Assembly: GCA_964016885.1 (NCBI GenBank)
Contig: OZ024740.1
Coordinates: forward strand, 196,416,001 to 196,480,000
Reading direction: 5' to 3'
Source: Eledone cirrhosa
Taxonomy: Eukaryota
DNA length: 64,000 bases
A program made the position numbers and the translations under genes. A model generated the notes under the pieces. The model was not told the origin of the DNA. It did not search any database and saw nothing but the letters and a program-made list of their open reading frames with translations. Below, piece after piece: positions 12,425 through 23,889 of the stretch; position 1 is the stretch's first letter; each line of letters begins with the position of its first letter.

Positions 12425-12732
12425 TGATGATGATGAACTCCATGTGTCTAACACCTGTGGATATGTTTACAAAATCAGAAAACAACACAGCTCCCATGAC
12501 TTTCAGAAACATTTTTTCATGCTTAGAGTTGCTGAAGCATGGAACAAACTACCTGCATCAGTTGTTAGCTGTCGGGACACTGCATCTTTCAAAACCTCCA
12601 TGCTTCCCGAAATTCGCCAACACTACATCTGATATTCCCCCTCCATACACACGCATGCATGTGTCTGTGTGTATATCATGACTCATACACTGTTCACTTT
12701 CTGACATTTGTATATTATTCTATATACTATAC
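12425..12732 (+). mobile_element. CR1-like LINE 3' end
   Basis: KHFF.LRVAEAWNKLPASVV..FK motif and (ATT)n tail; second copy on the minus strand at ~15930-16310. Confidence 0.8.
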
Positions 12733-12879
12733 ATGAACCTTTGATGAGTTGTAGTGCACCTGAGCACTGTACACAATTTTCATTATTATTATGGCCTTGT
12801 GCCAAAAGTAGAAACAATTATTATTATGATGATGATCTTACAATTATAATTACCCTTTCTCTAGTTGTGAAGTTTAATT

Positions 12880-13435
12880 CAACATCATCATCATCATCAT
12901 CATCATTTTACGTCCGCTTTCCCTGCTTGCAAGGGTGGGACGGGTCTTATTCAGCACAGCATCTCTCCACTTGTCACGGTCCTTCGTCATCTCCACCGTG
13001 AGTTTCAGCGATCTGAGGTCTGCTCTCACCACCTCCGCCCATGTTTTTTGTGGTCTACCTCTACTGCGTCTTCCTTCTACTGGGATTTCTTGGTACTTCT
13101 TTACCCAGTGGTAATCCACCATGTGCATCACATGTCCATACCATCTCAGCCTTCTCTCCTGCACACCACAACTTATCCCTCTGATACCCAGTTTCTTTCT
13201 CAACTTGTCTATGCTTGGTCATTCACGCACATTGGCATGGCACATCCAACGGAGCATGTTTGCTTCATTTCTCTCCAGCCGTCGCATATCTTCTGTAATT
13301 GCTGCCCATGTCTCACTACCATGCAGCATCGCGCATCTCACACAGGCATCATATAACTGTCCTTTTGTACGCAGGGAGAAACCCTTCTTTGTCAACAGAG
13401 GAAGCAGCTCCCTAAACTGCTTCCAACTGGCTCAA
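12880..13435 (-). mobile_element. RTE LINE 3' fragment
   Basis: QERRLRWYGHVMHM..GRPQKTW; (GAT)n tail. Confidence 0.85.
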
Positions 13436-15823
13436 GGTTAATTTAAACTCTATACATATGAGGTAGCAGGATAAATCTAAATGGACCAGAACTTTATAGC
13501 TTCTAACATCTCACAACCATATTTTATGTAAATATTAAGTGTCTAAATGGGGTTCCTCCAAAGGGTCTTTGAAGTAACATTACTTGATAGAGTGCGTCAC
13601 ATGGAGACCAATAAGACAGTACAGGTAGAGATGCTACTTCTCCGAATTGTGAGATCACAGCTCTGATATTACGGATGTGGTTAGAATGTCTCAAGAAAGA
13701 ATCGCTGGACAGATTTTATGGGCAAAACCAACTGGCAGGAGACCCTGGGGTAGAGCCCAAGCAAGGTGGCTGGATAACATCTGTGAGCTCAGCTGGTCTT
13801 GTTTGGGAATCCAGCCAGATCAAAATTGGAGATGGTTGCTTCTGACAGGACTTGCTGGAAGGAATACTTGAAGACTATCTCCATGGAATAAGTAGGCGAA
13901 GAAGAAGAAGAATATATTGTTTTATAACATATATTTGGTTGATGTTTTCTCTGCAACTATATGGTTTTTCAGCTTGATCCCAATGTGCAGCACTTGAAGA
14001 CTTGGAGCAAGTGTCTTCTACTATAGTATTGAGCTGACCAATGTTTTGTGAGTGAATTTGGTAGATGGAAACTTTGAAGAAGCCTGTCACACACACATAC
14101 GTGAAACCAGTATTTTACTGGTACTCATTTTGTCAACTCTATGGAGGTAAAGGGTGAAGTTAAATGACTCAAAAATTTAAGGCATTGAACTAGATAGACA
14201 TAGACATCTTCAAGTTCAGCTATATAATCCACATCTATTGTCACACTATTGGGAAAATAATTATGTCTAATTTAGGCACAAGGCCAGCAATTTATGAGAA
14301 GGAGAAGGGCAATTTTATCTACCCCAGTGCTTTACTAGTAATCTATTTAATCAACATCAGTGCTTTACTAGTACTTTATTTCATCAACCCCAGGAAGATG
14401 AAAGGCAAAGTTGACTTTGGCAGGATTTGAACTTCGAGCATAAAGAGCTGCAAGTAAATAACTGCAAAGCATTTTATCTGATGTCCTAGCGATTCTGCTA
14501 ATAAAAAACCCCAACAAATATATTCCATTTTACTGATATTTCAACAAATTCCAATGAAGAACATATAGTAAGCTTGAACTACTAATGAAAGGCCAGGTGT
14601 AAAATAGAGAGCTAAAGAGAAGTTTCAATAGAATCGTCAGAAGAATGATAGTATTGAACAAAAGTATATTTCTAATGAAGGCACCATATAGAAATACTTT
14701 GGGTTATTTTCCAAAAATGCTGATTATTATATAAAAGATTATAAGAAAAAAATACATCACACCAGAAGAAATGAAATTCTTTCAGAACAGAAGGTGATAC
14801 TATTACCATAAGAGAAATATAATTCAAGCCATGGTAATATACTGTATAGGGAAAGCAATGAGCTTATAGGATGGTTATTTTAAAAGAGATTTTTCATTAT
14901 TGTTTAGTTAGGGGAAAGAGGACATTTGAGTTTGATATGAATGAACAAAGGTGGTATCCTCACACTGGAAACCTGACCCGACTGGTTGCAAATGTAGACT
15001 CCACTAAAAGAACCCAAAGGGCAAGTGTTAGTGACTGAGATCAATGAATAACAGAAATGGTAGTACACAACTGTACTATGGATTGGATGAGGCAGTATTC
15101 TAGTTGGATGTCCTTCCGGATGTCAACTCTTACTTGTTTTTAAGTAAAGTATTGATCTTCAAATATTGAACTGCTATTGTTTGTGCAGGGCATAAACTAA
15201 CAACACCACCTATGCCAGTGGTGTCAAATGCAATGCAAAGCAAAGGCACACACACACAAACAGGCCTAAATAAAGTTACTGTTCACTGAAGTCATTCACA
15301 AGGCATTGATCAGTTTGAGGCTATAGTGGGTGCTATGCTGTGAGATTGAACCTGAAACCCGTGGTTGCAAAGTGGTAACTTAACTAAAGAGCCATGCCTG
15401 AAAAATATGCTAAGTTCTAGCGCACCTTTCATAACACACAGGCTGTCTCTCAGAGCAAGGTAATACAGACATGGATGAACCTGAATAATATTCTAAGTTC
15501 CAGTACACCTTTCATAACACACAGGCTTTCTCTCAGAGCAATCCAATACAGATGTATCCTCATTAGTAATCTGATACAAATTATACATTTCAGATTTACA
15601 TCAAACCTATCAATATCCTTCATATTCTCTAATGTGACTGAAATGAAATCAATAAAAAACGACAAGATTCCAAACAATAATGTTTAAGTCATATATTTCA
15701 ACATCTTAATAATCCAGCTTCCCTGCCTTCTGCACACAAGTGGATGTGAGTGATTACACTGTGTACATGCTCTCACAATCTACAATAATGAAAAGAAAAC
15801 ATTTAACTGCAACTAAAACCTAC

Positions 15824-15886
15824 CTTACAGGTCTGTGAATACTCCAAATTGTCTGGAACAACATCAGAACTGAAGTTGAGGAATTC
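15824..15886 (-). CDS. RMC1: RMC1 exon 4
   Basis: ttgcag|...|gtaggt; EFLNFSSDVVPDNLEYSQTCK (cf. DFCNFIPDNSQLEYTQECK); 63 nt. Confidence 0.9.
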
Positions 15887-15929
15887 CTGCAATTAAAAAG
15901 ATAAGTTATATATATATATAATAACAATA

Positions 15930-16310
15930 ATAATGAAATTATTGTGTACAATGCTCAGGTGCACTACAACTCATCAAAGGTGCATGTATAGTACATAGAA
16001 TAATGTACAAATGTCAGGAAAATGAACAGTGTACGAGTCATGGTGTGCATGTGTATGGAGGGGGAATATCAGATGTAGTGTTGGCGAATTTCAGGAAGCA
16101 TGGAGGTTTTAAAGGATGCAGTGTCTCAGCAGCTAACAACTGATGCAGGTAGTTTGTTCCATGCTTCAGCAACCCTAAGTATGAAAAAATGTTTCTGAAA
16201 GTCATGGGAGCTGTGCTAGTTTCTGACTTTGTAGGCATGCCAACATGTGTTAGACACATGGAATTCAAAATGGTGCTCAGGGTTGTTGTTGGCAAGATGA
16301 TAAATAATTT
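15930..16310 (-). mobile_element. CR1-like LINE 3' end, ~45 bp from the RMC1 exon 4 acceptor
   Basis: Reverse complement of 12425-12732. Confidence 0.8.
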
Positions 16311-18770
16311 TGTGGGTATATATATATATATTTACATAAGGACAAATAGTCATAGTCTGTGTTGGCAAGGACATGTTTGGCATACAAATTTATTTCGTGA
16401 ATTTTATATACATATGTACAAACAGGTATTAATATGGCTGTGTAGTTAAGAAATTTCCTTTGCTTCTGGATTCTATTCCACTGTATGACAATTTGGGCAA
16501 GTGTCTTCTACTATAGTCCTGGGTAAGAACCCCCACCCCACTCTTTCTCTATTCTAGTTACCTATTATGATCTGCCAGGAGGCATTTTTCTATCTGATGC
16601 ATGTGTCAACCATTTACACCATGCAACATGTTCTTAGTCTTTCTTTAGACACACATCAGCTAAGGCCTGTAATAATTATTACAGGCCTTAACGGGACCAG
16701 TCAGTTCCACACTGTAAACGTGGTTGGTATTAGGAAAGACATCCAGCTGTAAAAAACCCAGCTAAAATACAGTGCCGTTTGAGCAAGGTATGGTGTGGCT
16801 AACTGACCAAACTTGTTTCATAACATGGAAAACCAGTCTGACCCATGCAAGTGTGGAAAAAATAGACATTAAATGATGATGATGAACAAGTCATGCTTAT
16901 TCAAACTCATGTCTGAGACTGTGGCAACCCATCCAAAACAGACAAGCATGGAAAACAGATGTAAAATGGTGATGATGATGATTATGACACTCAAATATAC
17001 AGTGTACCTAGTCTAAACCAGATACATAACTAAGATAACAACAGAAACTAAAGGAACTGTGGAAAACAACAAAGACATTAATTAAGCATTTTCACTTTTG
17101 AAAATGCTTATTTTAAACTAAAGCCTTCCACCATTGTTTTATTTAAGAAACATTTAATAATTATTAAATGTTTATAATCATTCTGTCAGATAACTTGTAC
17201 ATGTCTTATAAATTTGTATTTCACATAAAAATGAATGATATTGATTTAGTTTCTCATGTCTTCTGGTATTTCAGGCTTGATAAATAAAGCATTAGTTCAA
17301 TCTGTTGGATTGGTGGATTTTTTTAGAGTGTTGGTTGGAATGCCTTGTGCTATATGATTCAGCTCTGTACCTTCTGAGTTCAAACCTGCCTCCTGTGACA
17401 TGATAACAATGGGTCTCCTATCAGTAAAGCATGCAAGAAAACTCCTATGAGATGTAATCTCACAGGAGGCTGGTCTACACCTAGGCAGGTGTGAGCTGTA
17501 ACAAGAACAACAATTTTTAATCTACAATTTAACAACTGGAGTGAAAAGATGGGCAGAAACGAGTTCCACTGAGATATTCTGTTTGGGAAACACTGATTAG
17601 GCAAAATGTTTAATAGGATTACTGTTTAGTCCTGGGTCAGGTCTAATAGCGTTCTGGCTGTAACTACCCTGTCTGATTCAGACAATATATCTAGGATTGC
17701 ATTATGCAATATATTTTTGTTTTAAGATAGTTAGGCGTGCTTTAAGAGAACTTTGCCTTCTATTTCAGCAAGTGACACTGAGAGACTTCCTTGCTGTTTT
17801 TTTAATATGGTATTAGAGGGTTGTGTAAGGGGAGAGTCTGAATGAGTGATGGGAGAAGGCAGAGCAAATACATCATGTGAGTTTTACTAATCCTTTCTGA
17901 ATTGCAAAGATCCATAAAACCAGCACTTATATTTGAACATCCCATAGCATAGATATATATGAGAGATAAATCTACCATTGGGAAGGACACTGATGCATAA
18001 CAAAGAACTTTGTCTTTTAAGAAGAATTACACTGAAAGCCAATAAAACCCACATCAATTTTATACCAGCAAGGAAACCATTACATGGTAACTCAACCTGC
18101 TATAAACAGCAACCAAATACCCCCAAAATCACACCCTACTGTTTTAAAGACAAAAGGTCACATTGGCTATTACAGTTCCTGATATAGAAAAATATGAGAA
18201 GTACAAGGTTGGAATATCTTTGGTCATTCGATTGATGGGTCAGGGCTGACCTAGTGCTGATCAATAACAACAACAGCCTAGGTTTGATGGCTTAGGGCTG
18301 ACACCTAGTGCTGAACAATAACAACAACAGCTGGGTCTGACCTATGCTGAACAACAACAACAGCAGCTAGGTCTGTTGGTTCAATTCCTGCAATGTGTTC
18401 TTGAGCAAAACACTTTATTTCATGTTGCTCCAGTATATTCAGCTGAGATGAGTACCAGTACTAGCTGGGGAGTTATATCTGCAATAGATCGGCATCCTGT
18501 CCAGGGAGAGTTTTGTACTCTGTCGCTTAGTGCCAAGAAAACCAGGGATAAACACCAGCCAGAGGAAATTTCAGCTTATAACAGACTTTAACTTAATGAA
18601 TTATATTGCCTATTGTTACTTATTTATAACTAGGTGAATCTGAAAATTCAGGGCTCAACATCTTGGCTATGGACACAATTTCCAGTGACAAGATACAATA
18701 CAAAGAGTTTGATGGCTTACTATAAACATTATACTGAAGCCATGCGGAAAGAGGTGGATTGAGAGAATCA

Positions 18771-18996
18771 TTAACCCTTTAGGATTTAAATCAGCTGTAT
18801 CTAGCCAGAATTCTCTCTCCTCTTTCTGTTCAAACTGGCTGTAACTAGCCACTCATGCTGATGTTAAGGTATTGCTCTCAAAATAAATATCAAAATCTTA
18901 TAGATTTGATATTGTGTGAGATAATTATTTGAGATAAAATGTTTACTGTGAAAATAAAATAGTATATATAGAGTAATGTAAATGCTAAAGGATTAA
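18771..18996. mobile_element. TTAA-flanked (piggyBac-type) MITE
   Basis: ttaaccctttaggattta...taaatgctaaaggattaa inverted ends; related copies at ~10225-10437 and ~23720-23872. Confidence 0.7.
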
Positions 18997-19552
18997 AGCA
19001 TTTCACAAAATGTTTTGCAGCATTTGTTGTAACTCTCTACATTCCAAGTTCAAATTCTGCCAAGGCTAAATTTGACTTTCATCCTTCTAGTGTCAATAAA
19101 TAAAGTACCAGTCAAGTACTGGGGTTGGTACAATCATATTGAAGCACATGTGATCAATATACTTTTTATTTATATCATGCAAACTTTATTGTTGTACAGT
19201 TTATTATTTTATCTATACCTTACTGACATGGCTATTTAAATTAAGAGGAAATGTTAAAGATGCAGCTAGATCAGAAGAGCCTTGTATCCTTTTGATACCT
19301 TAGTTTTATGATACATAACTGCTTGTTTTAAAATGTTTATAACTATCTAAAAATTTTACATCATAATTTTACCTAAGAACCTTTGTTAAGCTATGTTCCA
19401 AACCTCCAAATCTCTGATTATTTTCAAAATTATTTGAATATCATTGTTTTTCATTAGAAATATGGTAACAAAGGGGTTAATAGAAACAGAAGAAATAGAA
19501 TTGCTAGAGCTGCTGCCACTGCCATCATTATCAAAAGAAAAATGTTACTTAC

Positions 19553-19637
19553 AACAGACTTGAGAGATCTTTGAACACCAAGTATTCTTCGGTCAGGTGA
19601 AAACTTGATAGAAATAACTTCCCCTCTATCTTCCATT
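19553..19637 (-). CDS. RMC1: RMC1 exon 3
   Basis: ttgcag|...|gtaagt; (R)MEDRGEVISIKFSPDRRILGVQRSLKSV; 85 nt, phase matches exon 2. Confidence 0.95.
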
Positions 19638-21221
19638 CTGCAAAAATCGATAAGAGACGATTGCAATAAATTTTCAAGACTTTTAAATATTTTTCAATAA
19701 ATTTCAGTCAGAAGATTTTATGAACTCAAAAGATAAATAAGGGAATATTTATTTTCAAAATAAATTTTTGGCTTAATCTTTTTAATATCAACCATCTCAA
19801 AAATACCTTTTTAAAGTGTTCATCATCATTGTTTAACATCCACTTTCCTCACTAGCATGAGTTAGACCAGTTTAATTTTTAATTTTTCAATCAAATATCT
19901 AGTGTTTAATGATTTAAAAATATTTAATATTTTCGTTTATAGTGTCTCTTTTGATAGTGAGCTAGTTTCTTTGTATTCAATTAGATTATTATCAATTTCT
20001 CAGTGAATTTATTTTATTTTGTTATCAGTATACATAAACATGTTATACCACTCAGCTGTTAAGTAGAATTGGGACTTGTCAGCCAAGTAACCTTGTCAAA
20101 AAGATAACACAAAAATTTCATGAGCTAATGAAGAATTCTCATGTAATTCGATATGCTAGAAATAGCAGCCAAATCTTCCTCAAATCATACCATACTGTTT
20201 TCAATAAATGAAGACACATTGGACAATGAAGTTGTTGATATATACCTTTCCACATAATTTGCTTTATCAGGGCTGTATGTATGGCCCTTAACTCCTGATA
20301 GGTCATAGGGGCACCGTATTGAGATATGGCATTTCTTGAGCATTTTAAGCATGGTGTAGCCCATCCCTCTCTAGGCCTGAGTACAGTAGATTTCTTCCAG
20401 AGAGTGGAAGAATCAACCTCAGTACTAGACTGGTACTATTTTTATTGACCTTGAAAGAATGAGAGACAAAGTTGACCTCGGCAGGATTTGAACTCAGAGA
20501 GCAGAGATGTAAAATGAATACCATAAAGGATTCTATCTGATGTTCTAATGACTCTACCAATTTGCCGCCTGATCTGGAGCTAAACCACAACACAAGAAGT
20601 TCAAAATATTTCCAATTATTCTATGGAGTCAGTAGCTCATCCCTTAAATTGTACATTTACTGCCATTCTACAACATCCATTGCTGTATAATTATGTATAT
20701 TCATTATCACAATTTAATGTAAATTTTTCCATGCTAGCATGGGTTAGACGAGTTGTCCTGTTGTGAGAAATGCTAGGTCAGGTGACCATGACTTACTCAT
20801 ACAGAACTGATTTGGGCTTGGTTTCTACAGCTGGATGCTTTTCTAATGGCAACCACATTTATTAGTACTGGGTGCTTTTTGTCATGACATCTACATGACC
20901 ACTTTAGAGTATTCGCTGGGTGCTTTTTGTTATGTCGCTATCATGACCACTTTACAGTGTGGGCTGAAGGCTTCACTACATGTATCCTTCAGCCTGTCCT
21001 CATGGAAGATGTATGGAAGAGTGAGGTGGAGGTGGGGTACATACTATATGTAAGTTTCAGCTTCAGTTTGTGCCCATGGGAAGGTGGGTTTTCTGTATTA
21101 CACCAGAGATCTTGGTTCTGTGTCATTGTCTTTGAGAGGTGCAATTTTCCTATTTGTAACTACAAGATATTTGTTTGAAATTTAAAAAAATATAACTAAA
21201 AACATAGTAAACAGAAGTTAC

Positions 21222-21298
21222 CGGAATGTTAGGTTACTTTTCTCATCAGGTCCCTTGACCACCACACCAGTGGTGCCACCAGCTCGGACGGCAAATAC
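21222..21298 (-). CDS. RMC1: RMC1 exon 2
   Basis: ttttcag|...|gtaact; VFAVRAGGTTGVVVKGPDEKSNLTF(R), near-identical to vertebrate VFAVRSGGATGVVVKGPDD; 77 nt. Confidence 0.95.
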
Positions 21299-22236
21299 CT
21301 GAAAATATTACATTTTAGACTTAGTAGTTACAGTAATAACAATAGTAAAGTAGCAGAAAGATAAGATAAAAACAAATTACAAACAAACCAGTACATATTA
21401 GTCATTTTCTAAAAATTATATCATAACTGACCAATGTCTCATGAACAAAATTTATTTGTATTTATTCCAGTTCCTTGTGTTCTGAGTTCAAATCTTGTTG
21501 AGATCAACTTTGCTTTTCAGCCTTTAGTACGAGTCTTACACAGTGGGCTAGTGGAATTGTTAATATTTGTTCTGGCTCTTTGCATCCTGAATTCAAATAT
21601 TTCAGTGGTCTTCCTGGGTGGTAGACTTAATCCATTACTCAGTTTAACATAACTACCTAGCCATTTGGTGTCATTAGCTGAGTCCCTTCTGTTGCAAACA
21701 CTCAAAACCAGTCTCAAATGCCCTGAAATGGGTTTTAAGCACTTTCAATTTAATCCATCATACTATTTCCTTGGCTGTAACCATGACTGGAGGGAAAACA
21801 TTTTTGCTTTGAGCCAAGGAAGAAGGATCTATGTGTTTAATCAGTCTGCTAGAAATAGCAGCCAAATTTCGTTTAGATCCTGTCTTTCTATCTTAAAAAA
21901 AGAAGTATGGTATTTCTACATTAAGCAACATCTTGAAAAAAAAAGATGAGATGGTCACAATTGAAATACCTTTGATCATATTTCTGGGGCTAAACAACTA
22001 TTGTACTTTTATTGTTAAAGGAAGACTTCTAAGTAGACTATCTCTGTGTCTGGTGGTCACACATTAAAATAATATATTAAAATATATCAGTAAGACAGGT
22101 GAGATACCTACTAGTGTGAAGAATAAAACAGTAAATAACAAAAATGTTGTAATCTGTTTAAAAATCTAATAATTTACTTCACATTTCATTTTACAGTTCT
22201 TTGAACACAAGCAACTGAATTTATATTTTTTACGCA

Positions 22237-23672
22237 TTAGCGTAAAAGTTGGTGTTCATCAAGGCTCTGTCCTTAGCCCCCTCCTATTTATTATTGCCCT
22301 TCAGGCTATAACAGAGGAGTTCAAGACCGGCTGCCCATGGGAACTTCTATACGCAGATGATCTAACTCTCATAGCTGAATCGATGGCTGAACTAGAGAAG
22401 AAATTCCAAACATTGAAGCATGGCCTAGAATCAAAAGGCCTTAAAGTTAACTTGTCTAAGACTAAAGTTCTAGTATGTAAAAAGGAAAATAGGGCACAGG
22501 TGCCCTCTGGGAAATGGCCATGCTCTGTGTGTAGGAAAGGAGTAGATAGAAATTCCATTTTATGTCCAAATGCAAACTATGGGTACATAAAAGATGTAGT
22601 AGGATCACAGGTAAGCTATCTAAGAATGTAGATTTTATATGTGGCCGATGCTCAGGTGCAATAAGTAGCAAGTGCTTGCAGGACACTAGCTCCTTCTATT
22701 GCCCAGATGGTTCTATAGAAATAGTGGACACCTTCCATTACCTGGGTGACAAAATCAGCAGTGGTGGAGGGTGCTCTGAAAGTACAGTAGCCAGAGTCAG
22801 AATGGGATGGAAGGTTTCTCTCTAAAAATGAAAGGCAGACTGTATGATGCCTGCATACGAACAGCAATGTTACATGGCAGTGGTACATGGGCATTGTGTA
22901 CAGAGGACCTATGCAGACTGGAGAGGAATGAAATATGCATGCTCCGTTGGATGTGTAATAGTAATATACGTGAACGGCAAAGCATAGATGAACTAAGTGA
23001 GAAATTAGGAATAAGAAGGATCAGATGCTGTTTATTCGAGTGAAGACTACGTTGGTATGGTCACGTGATGCACATGAAAGATGACAGCTGTATAAAAAAG
23101 TGCAGGGCGATCAAAATTGATGGAAGTTACGGAGTAGGCAGACCCAGAAAAACCTGGGACGATTTGATAAATTCTGACCTTACACACTTACACCTCTCTA
23201 AGACAATGTCACTGGACCGAGATCTTTGGCGCTACGCAGTAATACAGAAGACCCGCCTTGCCTATGTACAAAGCGAAACCTACAGTCAGTAGGCACCTCT
23301 TAACCAAATATACATCCCCATCCCACTACCCCTACTCCCCCCCCCACACTCCCATCAACACCACCCTTTCTCTGTAAAGTTATGTTGGTACCACAACATC
23401 CAGTCCAAAATAAATGAGGTTGTGTAGGTGTCACGATAAAAAAACACAGTCCACGCTGTAATGTGGCTGTAATTGTGTAGGTAACACGGTAAAAACCTCC
23501 TAGTTCAACCTGTAAACGTGGTTGGTGTTAGGAAGGTCATCCAACTGTAGAAAACCTGCCAGACAGTCCTATACGAGCGAGACACGGTCATCCGACCAAT
23601 CTTGCCTCAAGTGGGACAATTCCCGTTTAAACCCATGCTAGTGTGGAAGATAGACATTAAACGATGATGATT
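22237..23672 (+). mobile_element. RTE-type LINE (PHD family), 5'-truncated
   Basis: GVHQGSVLSPLLF, YADD, PHD, FHYLG, C-terminal motifs, 3' UTR and GAT tail; small internal deletion near 22810. Confidence 0.92.
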
Positions 23673-23889
23673 ACTTTATATTTACTATTATATTTTCATG
23701 GTAACGGCTTTACCTCACCTAATTATCTCACATATCGAATCCATGAGATTTTGAAATTTATTTTGAGAACAATACTTAACATCAATATGAGCACCTAGTT
23801 ACAGCTAGTTTGAACAGAGAGAGGTAAGAGAATTCTGCCCGGATATGGCCGGTTTAAATGCTAAAGGGTTAAAGATTAAAATAGTCGTA

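Noticed and set aside
14480-15780. Possible L1/Tx1 3' remnants and a ~50-bp duplication
   Set aside because: Too degraded to assign a family or boundaries by eye
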